Assembly (NCBI GenBank): GCA_040755415.1
Contig: JBFMAZ010000082.1
Span: 148 to 64,147, forward strand
Source: Thermodesulfobacteriota bacterium
Lineage (GTDB): Bacteria; Desulfobacterota; QYQD01
DNA: 64,000 bases
Direction of reading: 5' to 3'
In this document: positions 39,497 through 48,855 of the stretch, in pieces
Numbering within the stretch: the stretch's first letter is position 1
How the letters are laid out: the number at the start of each line of letters is the position of its first letter
The notes under the pieces: generated by a model
Told to the model about the DNA's origin: nothing
The model's database searches: none
The model's input: the letters and a program-made list of their open reading frames with translations, nothing else
Position numbers and translations under genes: made by a program

Positions 39497-40552
39497 ATGA
39501 ATTACGATTTGTGGCGCAGAAAAATAGAACATAGCGAAAGGTTCTCGAAGGCAGAGGCCCTGGAACTTTACAGCCATCCGGATATCCTTGTCCTTGGAGA
39601 ACTGGCCGACCTGAAACGCCGCCTACTCAACCCCAAAAGGCTGGTCACCTACATCATTGACCGCAACATCAATTATACGAATATATGCATATCGGGATGC
39701 CGGTTCTGCGCTTTCTTTAGAGAAGACGGGGCACAGGGAGGCTATGTCCTGACCAGGGAGGAGCTGGCACGGAAAATAGAGGAGACCCTCTCCCTGGAAG
39801 GCGTACAGATACTCCTTCAGGGCGGCTTGCACCCTACCCTGCCCTTTTCTTTTTATGAAGAGATGCTTGCCTTTATTAAAAGTGAGCATCCCATACATAT
39901 ACATGGCTTTTCGCCTCCGGAGATTGTGCACATGTCCCGGCAGTCCGGGCTGGGTATCGGCGATGTACTGCGACGGCTGCGCGCGGCCGGGCTCGACTCT
40001 ATACCGGGCGGAGGCGCGGAGATATTGGTGGACAGAGTAAGACAAGCCGTATCTCCACGGAAATGTTCAGCAGATGAATGGCTGGCAGTTATGGAAGAGG
40101 CGCATCGGCAAGGAATTAAAACTACGGCCACGATGATGTTCGGCCATGTAGAGACTATCGAAGAGCGCATTGAACACCTTATGCGTCTTCGTGAGCTTCA
40201 GGATAAGACTCAGGGGTTCACGGCCTTTATTCCCTGGCCTTTCCAGCCGCATAATACCCGCATAAACGTTGTTTCCATGGGAGGCGTCGAATACCTCCGC
40301 ATGCTGGCTGTTTCCCGGGTCGTCCTGGACAATATCCCCAATCTACAGGCCTCCTGGGTTACCCAGGGGCCTAAGGTGGCGCAGGTGGCCCTTGCCTTCG
40401 GCGCCAACGACTTCGGCAGTACCATGATCGAAGAAAATGTAGTGGCGGCTACCGGCGTCTCTTATCAGTTGAGCGAAAAGGAAATCAGGCGCATCATTGC
40501 CGACGCCGGTTATGAGCCGGCCCGCAGAAATATGGCCTATGAATTGCTTTAA
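39497..40552 (+). CDS. mqnC: radical SAM cyclic dehypoxanthinyl futalosine synthase (MqnC-like)
   Basis: DRNINYTNICISGCRFCAF motif, 351 aa, paralogous to the preceding gene. Confidence 0.7.
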   Translation: MNYDLWRRKIEHSERFSKAEALELYSHPDILVLGELADLKRRLLNPKRLVTYIIDRNINYTNICISGCRFCAFFREDGAQGGYVLTREELARKIEETLSLEGVQILLQGGLHPTLPFSFYEEMLAFIKSEHPIHIHGFSPPEIVHMSRQSGLGIGDVLRRLRAAGLDSIPGGGAEILVDRVRQAVSPRKCSADEWLAVMEEAHRQGIKTTATMMFGHVETIEERIEHLMRLRELQDKTQGFTAFIPWPFQPHNTRINVVSMGGVEYLRMLAVSRVVLDNIPNLQASWVTQGPKVAQVALAFGANDFGSTMIEENVVAATGVSYQLSEKEIRRIIADAGYEPARRNMAYELL

Positions 40553-41861
40553 GCCATCAGCCATCAGCTATCAGCTATCAGCCCGGGAGGTAGCTGAAGG
40601 CTTTAGCCTGCGTAAGTTATCAGCAAACAGCGATCGTCTGCCAGCAGGCAGTAGGCAAATAAAAATCCACCGTGCCAAATGGGTCTTTCCTGTATCTTCA
40701 CTGCCGGTTAGTGACGGCGCGGTTGTGGTTGCCGATGGCCGCATAGAGGCCGTGGGCCGGTTTAAGGACCTCAGGGAAGCCTATAAAGGCGATGTGGTTG
40801 ATCATGGAGAGGTAGGCATCCTGCCGGCCCTGGTCAACGCCCATACCCATCTTGAACTCGCCGCCCTGCGAGGACGTCTGTCTGGAAAGGATGGTTTTGT
40901 TAATTGGATTAGGGTGCTCATCAAAGTGCGGGAGGACATACCGCCGGCAGAAATAGAAAAGGCAATAACTAATGAACTCGCGGCCATGCACCAGCAGGGC
41001 GTCGGCCTCATTGGCGATGTAGGTAATACCCGGATGGCTTATGAGTTATGCCAAAAACAAAAGATAAAGACTGTTTTTTTTCGCGAGTTCCTGGGCTTTA
41101 ACCGGGCGAAGACGGCAAAGGCCAAGGAAATGCTGGCAGAAGCCGGTAAATCGCATGAGACCGACAATGCATTTCATGTGGCTGCCCATGCCCCATACAC
41201 CGTCTCTGCCGAACTGTTTTCAGCCCTCAAGTCGTGGGCTAATAAGCACGGGAAGATGCTCTCCGTGCACCTGGGTGAATGCTTGGAGGAGCAAGAACTC
41301 CTTGCGCATGGAAACGGATCATTGAGAGACCTGCTCAGTGAGCGTTCAGCCTGGGATGATGATTTTATTCCGCCAGGGAAGAGCACAGTGGCCTATCTTG
41401 ATAAACTCGGCGTCCTGGACAATAACACGGTCTGTGTACATCTCGTGCACCTGTCAGAGGAAGATATGGCAATTCTGGCTACCCGCAGGGTAAAATGCTG
41501 CCTCTGCCCCAGGAGTAATCTCTTTCTCAACGTCGGCTTCCCGAAGGTGGAAAAGATGCTTACCTATGGGCTGTACCCGGCCCTGGGAACAGATAGCCTG
41601 GCCAGCAATGAGAGCCTCAGCATCTTAGAAGAGATGGCGGCCATCAGAAAACACATGCCCGGCCTGGCCCCGGAAAAAATACTGGAGATGGCCACCCTGA
41701 ACGGCGCCCGGGCCCTTGGCCGGGAAGACCGGCTGGGCAGTCTGACGTCGGGAAAGGAAGCCGGGATGATCTCTGTCCCAGCCGGCGGAGAAGGCAGCCG
41801 GGAAGCGCTTGAAGGCATAATGGATCGTGCCGCAACTATACCGGTACGTTGGATACAATGA
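40539..41861 (+). CDS. amidohydrolase family protein (possible aminofutalosine / nucleoside deaminase); start uncertain
   Basis: VNAHTHLEL metal-binding motif, HLGE, VHLVH, GTDSLASN. There is no ATG/GTG/TTG near the conserved N-terminus IKIHRAKWVFPV. Confidence 0.7.
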   Translation: MNCFKPSAISYQLSAREVAEGFSLRKLSANSDRLPAGSRQIKIHRAKWVFPVSSLPVSDGAVVVADGRIEAVGRFKDLREAYKGDVVDHGEVGILPALVNAHTHLELAALRGRLSGKDGFVNWIRVLIKVREDIPPAEIEKAITNELAAMHQQGVGLIGDVGNTRMAYELCQKQKIKTVFFREFLGFNRAKTAKAKEMLAEAGKSHETDNAFHVAAHAPYTVSAELFSALKSWANKHGKMLSVHLGECLEEQELLAHGNGSLRDLLSERSAWDDDFIPPGKSTVAYLDKLGVLDNNTVCVHLVHLSEEDMAILATRRVKCCLCPRSNLFLNVGFPKVEKMLTYGLYPALGTDSLASNESLSILEEMAAIRKHMPGLAPEKILEMATLNGARALGREDRLGSLTSGKEAGMISVPAGGEGSREALEGIMDRAATIPVRWIQ

Positions 41862-41951
41862 ACTACCCCGCAGCAAGCTACGGGGAATTTAACCCAATAA
41901 CTTACGAAAATCTGTGTAATCTGCGTAATCTGTGGATTAAAAGGAACAAAA

Positions 41952-42800
41952 ATGGAACAGATTAGAATTGGCAAATTCAGTTTTATTAACACCAGCCCTA
42001 TATATTACCCACTCGAACACATAGTAGGCCTAAACGGCTTTCAGGTTATAGAGGGATCCCCTTCGGAACTAAACGCCCGCTTTTTCCGAGGGGAATTGGA
42101 CATCAGCGTCATATCCTCACAGGAATACGGTCTCCATGCGGAAAAATACTTCCTCCTCCCTGAACTGGCCATTGTCTCGCAGGGAACGGTCAAAAGCGTG
42201 CTCTTTTTCAGTAAGTATCCGCTTAAGGCCCTCAGCGGACGCCGCATCCTTATAACCGAGAAGTCACAAACCTCGGTAGCCCTCCTGAAGATTATCTTGG
42301 AAGAATTTTATGAGGTATTTCCCATTTATGAGACAGGCGACCTGTCCGCGAAAGACGTCCATTCCCGGGAGGTCGCCGGCTTTCTGGCTATCGGCGACGA
42401 GGCCCTCAGGTTTCGCATCGAGAGTCAGGAGCCTTATATTATTGACCTCGGCGAGACCTGGAAGAAGTTTGCCGGCCTGCCTTTTGTATATGCAGTGTGG
42501 GCAGTGCGGCGGGAATTCTATAATCAGTTTCCGCAGAAGGTATGGGAGGCCTGCCGCCTCCTTAAAGAGTCACGGGATAAGGGCCTTAAGACCCTGGAAA
42601 AGATCGGAGGCCGTTTTGCTTCACATATACCCATGTCCAAGGAGGCCTGTCTGGCCTACTTGCGAACCCTGTGTTTTGACTTAACCCCGGAGGCGCTGGA
42701 GGGAATGAGGCTGTTCTTCCGCTATCTGGTCAAACGCGGGGAATACCCTTCTCCGGTGAACATAGAATTTGTACCGCAACTAGACGGGATGACGGCCTGA
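41952..42800 (+). CDS. mqnA: chorismate dehydratase MqnA-like (VitK2 biosynthesis family)
   Basis: IRIGKFSFINTSPIYYPL...PSELNARFFRGELDISVISSQEY pattern. Confidence 0.7.
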   Translation: MEQIRIGKFSFINTSPIYYPLEHIVGLNGFQVIEGSPSELNARFFRGELDISVISSQEYGLHAEKYFLLPELAIVSQGTVKSVLFFSKYPLKALSGRRILITEKSQTSVALLKIILEEFYEVFPIYETGDLSAKDVHSREVAGFLAIGDEALRFRIESQEPYIIDLGETWKKFAGLPFVYAVWAVRREFYNQFPQKVWEACRLLKESRDKGLKTLEKIGGRFASHIPMSKEACLAYLRTLCFDLTPEALEGMRLFFRYLVKRGEYPSPVNIEFVPQLDGMTA

Positions 42801-43697
42801 ATGTCAGATGAAACACTCGTGTCTCAAAGAGACACAAAGAACAATGGAGAAAATCCCCCCTCACCCCCCTTTAATAAAGGGGGGGATACATTAAGTCCTC
42901 TTTTGAAAAAAGGGGGAGAGCCGTCAAATCCCCCTTTGGGAAAAGATGGAGGCCCATCAATTCCCCCTTTGGAAAAGGGGGATACAGGGGGATTTTCTGG
43001 TGAAAAGAAAGCCTTCGTAGAAAAGAAATTTTCATCCATCACCCCGCGCTACGATTTCCTTAATTCCTTGCTGAGTCTAAATATTGACCGCTACTGGCGA
43101 TGGGTGACCGCCCGTGAGTTAGACAATTATACGGGGGGACCAATTCTCGACCTCTGCGCCGGCACACTGCCCTTAAGCCTTAGCATAGCCGGACGCAGGC
43201 CCGAACGATATGTGTTGGCCCTCGATCTCTGCCGGGATATGCTGGCCTACGGTCGCAACAGACTAAATGGCCGGGTAGCAGGCCGGCAAATTATCCCGAT
43301 TTGTGCAGACGGAGAAGAAATACCCTGTTGCGATAATAGCTTTTCCGGGATTACCGTGGCCTTTGGAGTGCGTAACCTGAGCAATCTGGATAAGGGCCTT
43401 AAGGAGATGTGGCGCGTCCTCCGGCCCGGGGGGAAACTGGTCATCCTTGAGTTTTCTCGCCCTAAAAATCCGGTCATGCGGACGCTTTATTTTTTCTACC
43501 TCATGCGGATCCTGCCATATATCGGCGGCCGGATATCTGGCGACGAAGAGGCTTACCGCTATCTGGCGAATTCTATCCGCCTCTTTTACTCGCCGGAAGA
43601 ATTAGCGCAAAAAATGAAAAATACCGGTTACGTAAAGGTAACCTATCGCCCGCTCACGGCCGGTATAGTGACTTTATATACTGGAGAAAAGCCTTGA
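42801..43697 (+). CDS. menG: demethylmenaquinone methyltransferase (UbiE/MenG) with repeat-derived N-terminal extension
   Basis: Conserved core starts at KKFSSITPRYDFLNSLLSLNIDRYWR. SAM motif ILDLCAGT. About 65 aa upstream of the core are encoded by a family B element. Confidence 0.85.
   Translation: MSDETLVSQRDTKNNGENPPSPPFNKGGDTLSPLLKKGGEPSNPPLGKDGGPSIPPLEKGDTGGFSGEKKAFVEKKFSSITPRYDFLNSLLSLNIDRYWRWVTARELDNYTGGPILDLCAGTLPLSLSIAGRRPERYVLALDLCRDMLAYGRNRLNGRVAGRQIIPICADGEEIPCCDNSFSGITVAFGVRNLSNLDKGLKEMWRVLRPGGKLVILEFSRPKNPVMRTLYFFYLMRILPYIGGRISGDEEAYRYLANSIRLFYSPEELAQKMKNTGYVKVTYRPLTAGIVTLYTGEKP
42819..43009. mobile_element. family B element (three hairpin modules) inside the menG reading frame
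   Basis: GTGTCTCAAAGA...GGGGGATACAGGGGGATTTTCTGGTGAAAAG. Its right end matches the left end of 16453..16570 in inverted orientation. Confidence 0.75.
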
Positions 43698-43759
43698 TAT
43701 TCACCGCGGAGAACATAAAGAAAACATCTCAAATCTGAAATTTGAGATTTGAAATTCTT

Positions 43760-43921
43760 GTAACACTTTAGCTGTTTGAAAAGAGCTAGTCGTCCAGAAA
43801 ACGGCGCCTCGAAAATCCCCCTTAATCCCCCTTTTTCAAAGGGGGAAATGTTTCTCCTCCCTTTGGAAAAGGGAGGTTGGGAGGGATTTTAAAATACTTT
43901 TTCAAACAGCTAAACTGATAC
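43760..43921 (-). mobile_element. 162-bp MITE (family A) with 8-bp TSD AAATTCTT
   Basis: By base-by-base comparison it is identical to the reverse complement of 57167..57328. It is flanked by AAATTCTT at 43752..43759 and 43922..43929. Confidence 0.9.
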
Positions 43922-43986
43922 AAATTCTTCTCTTTGCGTGCTCTGCGCTAAATATTACATTCCGAGCGCTAAAAGGGAGGTTCGCT

Positions 43987-45429
43987 TTGGGCTATAAGAA
44001 TCTGCAGGAATTTATACGCCTTCTGGAAAAAGAAGGAGAACTAAAAAAAATTACCGAGCCGGTCAGCCCCTATCTGGAGATTACTGAGATCACCGACCGC
44101 GTCTGTAAAAAAGGCGGGCCTGCCCTCCTCTTCACCAATGTCGTCGGTCATGACATGCCGGTCCTGATGAACGCCTTTGGATCATACCGACGCATGTGCC
44201 TGGCCCTCCAGGTAGGCGACTTTAATGAGATCGGAAAAGATATCCTGAACTTCCTGGAGGCCGAAGCGCCGGATACCCTAATCAAAAAGCTCAAGATGAT
44301 ACCAAAGCTTAAACGGCTGGCCGATATGTTTCCGAAGATGGTGAGCAAGGCCCCCTGCCAGGAAGTGATAATAAAAGATAATATTGACCTTAGGCTTCTT
44401 CCGGCGCTACACTGCTGGCCTAAGGATGGCGGACGTTTTATCACCCTCCCTCTGGTCTTTACCAAACACCCGGAGACCGGCGTGCGTAACTGCGGGATGT
44501 ACCGCATACAGGTCTTTGACGCCGGCACCACGGGTATGCACTGGCATACCCACAAGGGCGGGGCCCAGCATTACCGCATAGCCGAAAAACGCGGCGAGCG
44601 GCTGGAAGCGGCGGTAGCCATCGGCGCAGACCCGGCTACAACTTATGCCGCCACGGCCCCTCTGCCGGAAGACATCGACGAGATGGTCTTCTCCGGCTTT
44701 CTCCGCTCCGAACCGGTCGAGATGGTGCAGTGCCTTACCGTCGATCAGCAGGTGCCGGCCGAGGCGCAGATTATCCTCGAGGGCCATGTAGAACCGGGCG
44801 AAAGACGCGTGGAAGGCCCCTTCGGTGACCATACCGGCTATTATTCACTGGCGGATAAGTATCCGGTCTTTCATGTCACCTGTATCACCCATCGTAAAGA
44901 GGCCGTCTATCCGGCCACCATCGTGGGCCGCCCGCCCATGGAAGATTGTTATATGGCCAAGGCCACAGAGCGCATATTCCTGCCGCTGATAAAAAAACAG
45001 CTCTCGGAGATTGTGGATATGAACCTACCCCTGGAAGGGGTTTTCCATAATCTGGCCTTTATCTCTATCGATAAGCGCTATCCCGGACACGCCCGGAAGG
45101 TGATGCACGCCCTGTGGGGGATGGGCCAGATGATGTTCACCAAGATCATCGCCGTCTTTGACCGGGAAGTCGATGTCCAGGACCTGTCACAGGTCCTCTG
45201 GCGTATCGGCAACAACGTCGATCCGCGGCGGGATACGGTTATTACCGATGGGCCGGTCGATGCCCTGGATCATGCCTCACCCCTGCCCCACTATGGCGGG
45301 AAGATGGGCATCGATGCCACGCGCAAGTGGCCGGAGGAGGGATTTGAGCGTGACTGGCCGGAGGTCATCGAGATGGATGAGGCCGTGAAAAAGAAAATCG
45401 ATGCCATCTGGGGAAAGCTGGGTCTATAG
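43987..45429 (+). CDS. UbiD-family (prenyl-FMN-dependent) decarboxylase, menaquinone biosynthesis
   Basis: GGPALLFTNV, NCGMYR, HWHTHKGG, GPFGDHTGYY motifs. TTG start with GGGAGG RBS. Confidence 0.9.
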   Translation: MGYKNLQEFIRLLEKEGELKKITEPVSPYLEITEITDRVCKKGGPALLFTNVVGHDMPVLMNAFGSYRRMCLALQVGDFNEIGKDILNFLEAEAPDTLIKKLKMIPKLKRLADMFPKMVSKAPCQEVIIKDNIDLRLLPALHCWPKDGGRFITLPLVFTKHPETGVRNCGMYRIQVFDAGTTGMHWHTHKGGAQHYRIAEKRGERLEAAVAIGADPATTYAATAPLPEDIDEMVFSGFLRSEPVEMVQCLTVDQQVPAEAQIILEGHVEPGERRVEGPFGDHTGYYSLADKYPVFHVTCITHRKEAVYPATIVGRPPMEDCYMAKATERIFLPLIKKQLSEIVDMNLPLEGVFHNLAFISIDKRYPGHARKVMHALWGMGQMMFTKIIAVFDREVDVQDLSQVLWRIGNNVDPRRDTVITDGPVDALDHASPLPHYGGKMGIDATRKWPEEGFERDWPEVIEMDEAVKKKIDAIWGKLGL

Positions 45430-45472
45430 TGAATTTATCTGCATCGGGCAGACAAAGGGCGATAAAACACCC

Positions 45473-45662
45473 ATGTCTCAAAGAAATATAAAGAACAAAG
45501 AAAACAATCCCCCCTTACCCCCCTTTAGTAAAGGGGGGGATATTTTAAGCCCCCCCTTGAAAAAAGACGGGGGTCTGTCGATTCCCCTTTTGGGAAAGAA
45601 TGGGCACCCATCAATTCCCCCTTTGGAAAAGGGGGATACAGGGGGATTTTCTGGTGAAAAAA
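45473..45662. mobile_element. family B element (three hairpin modules) inside the ubiX reading frame
   Basis: ATGTCTCAAAGA...GGGGGATACAGGGGGATTTTCTGGTGAAAAAA, colinear with 42819..43009. Confidence 0.75.
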
Positions 45663-46228
45663 TACAGAAACGTTACATCGTGGCCTTGACCGGGGCGAGC
45701 GGCATGCCCTATGCCGTATCCCTCTTACAGAAATTAGCGGCAAAAAATGTGGAGATACACGGCCTCGTGTCTGCGGCCGGGGCCCAGGTATTGAAGCTGG
45801 AAACCGGCCTTTCTACCTCAGAGGTGGGCCGGTATATGACCAGGCACTACGACGAAAAAGACTTTGCCGCGCCGGTAGCCAGCGGGTCTTTCCCCCACGA
45901 CGGCATGATTATTATCCCTTGCACCATGGGCACCCTGGGCGCCATAGCCAACGGTATATCAAATAACCTTATCCATCGGGCGGCGGATGTGACCTTAAAG
46001 GAAGGCCGAAGGCTCTTATTGATCTTGCGGGAGACCCCGCTGAACCGGATACACATAAGCAATATGCTGCGCCTGGCGGAGGCCGGAGCGACCATCATGC
46101 CGGCCATGCCCGGATTTTATCATCAACCCGCGAGCGTTGATGATTTGGTCGTTACCTTCGTGGACAGAATCCTGGATGTCCTCGGCCTGCCCGATCCAAA
46201 GGCCAAAAGGTGGGGTATCGACTCATGA
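45473..46228 (+). CDS. ubiX: UbiX-family flavin prenyltransferase with repeat-derived N-terminal extension
   Basis: Core RYIVALTGASGMPYAV...IIPCTMGTL. The first ~60 codons are a family B element. Alternative starts are 45401 (ORF track) or an internal GTG. Confidence 0.8.
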   Translation: MSQRNIKNKENNPPLPPFSKGGDILSPPLKKDGGLSIPLLGKNGHPSIPPLEKGDTGGFSGEKIQKRYIVALTGASGMPYAVSLLQKLAAKNVEIHGLVSAAGAQVLKLETGLSTSEVGRYMTRHYDEKDFAAPVASGSFPHDGMIIIPCTMGTLGAIANGISNNLIHRAADVTLKEGRRLLLILRETPLNRIHISNMLRLAEAGATIMPAMPGFYHQPASVDDLVVTFVDRILDVLGLPDPKAKRWGIDS

Positions 46229-47073
46229 TACGAAAGACCCATACCTTCCTGGAGATGATTAAATTCGAGCACACCATCTTTGCCCTGCCCTTTGCCTTCA
46301 TAGGGGCCTTTCTGGCGGCGGGCGGCGTGCCGGCTCCGGCAAAATGTCTCTGGATACTTTTGGCCATGGTCGGGGCGCGCACGGCCGCTATGGGCTTTAA
46401 CCGTATAGTCGATCTCCCTTATGACCGCAAAAATCCCCGCACCGCAGGCCGGGCCTTGCCGCAAGGCATGATAAAGGTCAAAGAGGCCCGGCTCTTTGTG
46501 ATCCTGGCCTCCCTGCTCTTCTTCTTCGCGGCCTATAAGCTGAACCGGCTGACCTTTATGCTGTCCCCCCTGGCCCTGGCCACAGTCCTTGCTTACTCTT
46601 ACACCAAACGATTTACCTGGTTGTCGCATATATTCCTGGGTCTGGCCCTGGGCATTGCCCCTGCCGCCGGATGGATAGCTGTGAAAGGCAGTTTCGATGC
46701 CGCGCCTCTTATCCTGAGCGCCGGGGTCATATTTTGGGTGGCAGGTTTTGACACCATTTATGCCTGTATGGATTTTGAGTTTGATCGCCGCGAAGGGCTG
46801 CACTCGATACCCTGCAAATTCGGCAAAGAAAGGGCACTTGCCTTTGCCGTCGGGTTCCATATCCTGGCTTTTATGTTTTTTCTCTATACCGGCATTATGG
46901 CCGGATTAAGGTGGGTCTATTATGCGGGCATCGCCCTGACGGCGATGGCTATGGTGCTGCAACATATATTCGTCACGCCCAAGGACCTTTCTAAAATAAA
47001 CCTCTCCTTCTTCACCATGAACGGCATAATCAGCATCACCCTCTTTCTGGCTACCTGGGCCGCACTTTCCTGA
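46210..47073 (+). CDS. UbiA-family prenyltransferase (MqnP / 4-hydroxybenzoate polyprenyltransferase-like)
   Basis: NRIVDLPYDRKNPRT and DFEFDRREGLHS Asp-rich motifs; polytopic membrane protein. Confidence 0.85.
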   Translation: MGYRLMIRKTHTFLEMIKFEHTIFALPFAFIGAFLAAGGVPAPAKCLWILLAMVGARTAAMGFNRIVDLPYDRKNPRTAGRALPQGMIKVKEARLFVILASLLFFFAAYKLNRLTFMLSPLALATVLAYSYTKRFTWLSHIFLGLALGIAPAAGWIAVKGSFDAAPLILSAGVIFWVAGFDTIYACMDFEFDRREGLHSIPCKFGKERALAFAVGFHILAFMFFLYTGIMAGLRWVYYAGIALTAMAMVLQHIFVTPKDLSKINLSFFTMNGIISITLFLATWAALS

Positions 47074-47103
47074 TATAACAGGACGTAGATTTCCGCAAAA
47101 AGT

Positions 47104-47580
47104 CTATCCCGTCTTTTCCACCTTCGCGGCCAGATAATAGGCAAAAACCAGGAGTAAAATTACCAGGGCGCTAAGCCCGATCTCCCAGAGCCGTTCCACC
47201 TGAACGTGCTCCACATGTGATATCTCGATCTCGACCAGCAGTATCCGCCGGACCGAGGCTATGATCCCGATGGAAAGAAAAGGTTCCAGGGTAAATCTCT
47301 GTTTCTTAAGGAAACGGATAATGGTCCAGAAAAGCTCCAGGATAATCAGGGCCAGGAGCACATCATTCACCAGGCTGATTATGGCGGTACGGGATGGATG
47401 AGCAAGATTGGTAATCCCGTAATACATGATGAATCCACAAGCGATGAGCAGTAAAAGTCCCGCCAGCACGTGAAAGGCAATGTCTGCCTGAACAAGTGCC
47501 CGTCTGATCTTCTCTCTCAGGTCCAGCTTTGATTCTTCCATATCAGCACCGCTCATTGGGGTCACACCTTCATATGTCAC
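47104..47580 (-). CDS. PsiE-like membrane protein
   Basis: Four TM helices and the ILELFWTIIRFLK...ASVRRILL pattern. Confidence 0.55.
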   Translation of the reverse strand: MTYEGVTPMSGADMEESKLDLREKIRRALVQADIAFHVLAGLLLLIACGFIMYYGITNLAHPSRTAIISLVNDVLLALIILELFWTIIRFLKKQRFTLEPFLSIGIIASVRRILLVEIEISHVEHVQVERLWEIGLSALVILLLVFAYYLAAKVEKTG

Positions 47581-47631
47581 TAGGCCAATTTGGATTTGTT
47601 GAGTTTGGGAATGCTTACAGTTGGCTGCTAA

Positions 47632-48813
47632 TCATCCCCGTATCTTGGCAGCGAGTTGCTTTCCTATCTCAACTATCTTTCCGTGGTCCTCAGCCCCCGG
47701 GGGGCCATTTATCTCCAGGGTATCCACTACTTCTATCCCCGCAGGCTTCAGAACCTCAAGCGCCTGCCGGCGGGCTCCGCCGCCCCAGCCGTAAGAGCTA
47801 AGGATAATACTGTATTTCAATGGCGGGCGCAATGCCTTTACCAGATTAACGGCGTGCGCGGCCACTGGATGCATTCCTCCCAGCACGGTCGGTGTCCCGA
47901 GGACTATCCCGCGTGCATCGACCAAGTCCCTGGCTATATCCCCGATATCCGAATTGGAGACGTTATATAAGCTCACCTCAATGCCCTCAACTAAGAGCGT
48001 CTCCACTATAGTTTTTATCATCGCCTCGGTAGATTTCCACATACTGACATAAACTACAATCGCCTTTTTCCTCGTCTCTCCGGCCGTCCATTTTCGATAG
48101 ACATCCAGGATCTTTTCCGGGTTTTTATAAACAGGGCCGTGGCTGGGAGCGATGACTTTGATCTCCAGGTCCTTTATCTTTTCCAGGGCCTTTTGCCCCA
48201 TCTTTCTGAAGGGCATCATGATCTCTCCGAAATATCTCTTGGCCAATGGCAGTATATCTTCCACTTCATCATCATACAGCCCAAAGGCCGTATGCGCCCC
48301 AAAAAAGTCACAGGGAAAAAGGATCTTATCTTCGACAAGGTATGTAAACATGGTTTCCGGCCAGTGTAGAAAAGGTGCTTCGATAAATTTCAGGGTCCTG
48401 CCGCTGAGTTCAATCGTATCCCCGTCTTTAACCGCCTTTATCCTTTCTATCGGCACCTTATAGTAGATCTGCGCCATTTTTGCGCCCTTCTCCGTGGTAA
48501 TAAGCCGCGCCTCTTTATACAACTCCATCATAATCGGGATCGCCCCGGCATGATCCGGTTCGGCATGATTCATCACAATATAATCTATCGGGGCTTCACC
48601 TATTACCTGCGCCATCTTTTCTTCCAGCTCACTCTCAAATCCGGGATTTACCGTGTCGATGAGCGCTGTCTTTTCTTTCCCCCGCACCAGATAGGCGTTG
48701 TACGTTGTCCCCTGGGGAAGCGGGATCAGGGCGTCAAAGATTCTGCGGTTCCAGTCCTTTATTCCCACCCAGTATATACCTTCAGAGATTTCAGGTATGT
48801 TGTATATTTTCAT
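47632..48813 (-). CDS. flavodiiron protein (FprA family, metallo-beta-lactamase + flavodoxin domains)
   Basis: NAYLV...HAEPDHAG di-iron motif and a C-terminal flavodoxin-like domain (IVVYVSMWKST). Confidence 0.85.
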   Translation of the reverse strand: MKIYNIPEISEGIYWVGIKDWNRRIFDALIPLPQGTTYNAYLVRGKEKTALIDTVNPGFESELEEKMAQVIGEAPIDYIVMNHAEPDHAGAIPIMMELYKEARLITTEKGAKMAQIYYKVPIERIKAVKDGDTIELSGRTLKFIEAPFLHWPETMFTYLVEDKILFPCDFFGAHTAFGLYDDEVEDILPLAKRYFGEIMMPFRKMGQKALEKIKDLEIKVIAPSHGPVYKNPEKILDVYRKWTAGETRKKAIVVYVSMWKSTEAMIKTIVETLLVEGIEVSLYNVSNSDIGDIARDLVDARGIVLGTPTVLGGMHPVAAHAVNLVKALRPPLKYSIILSSYGWGGGARRQALEVLKPAGIEVVDTLEINGPPGAEDHGKIVEIGKQLAAKIRG

Positions 48814-48855
48814 AGCTATCGCCTCTTCTTCAATTCGTAATCGCCAAAATCTTAA

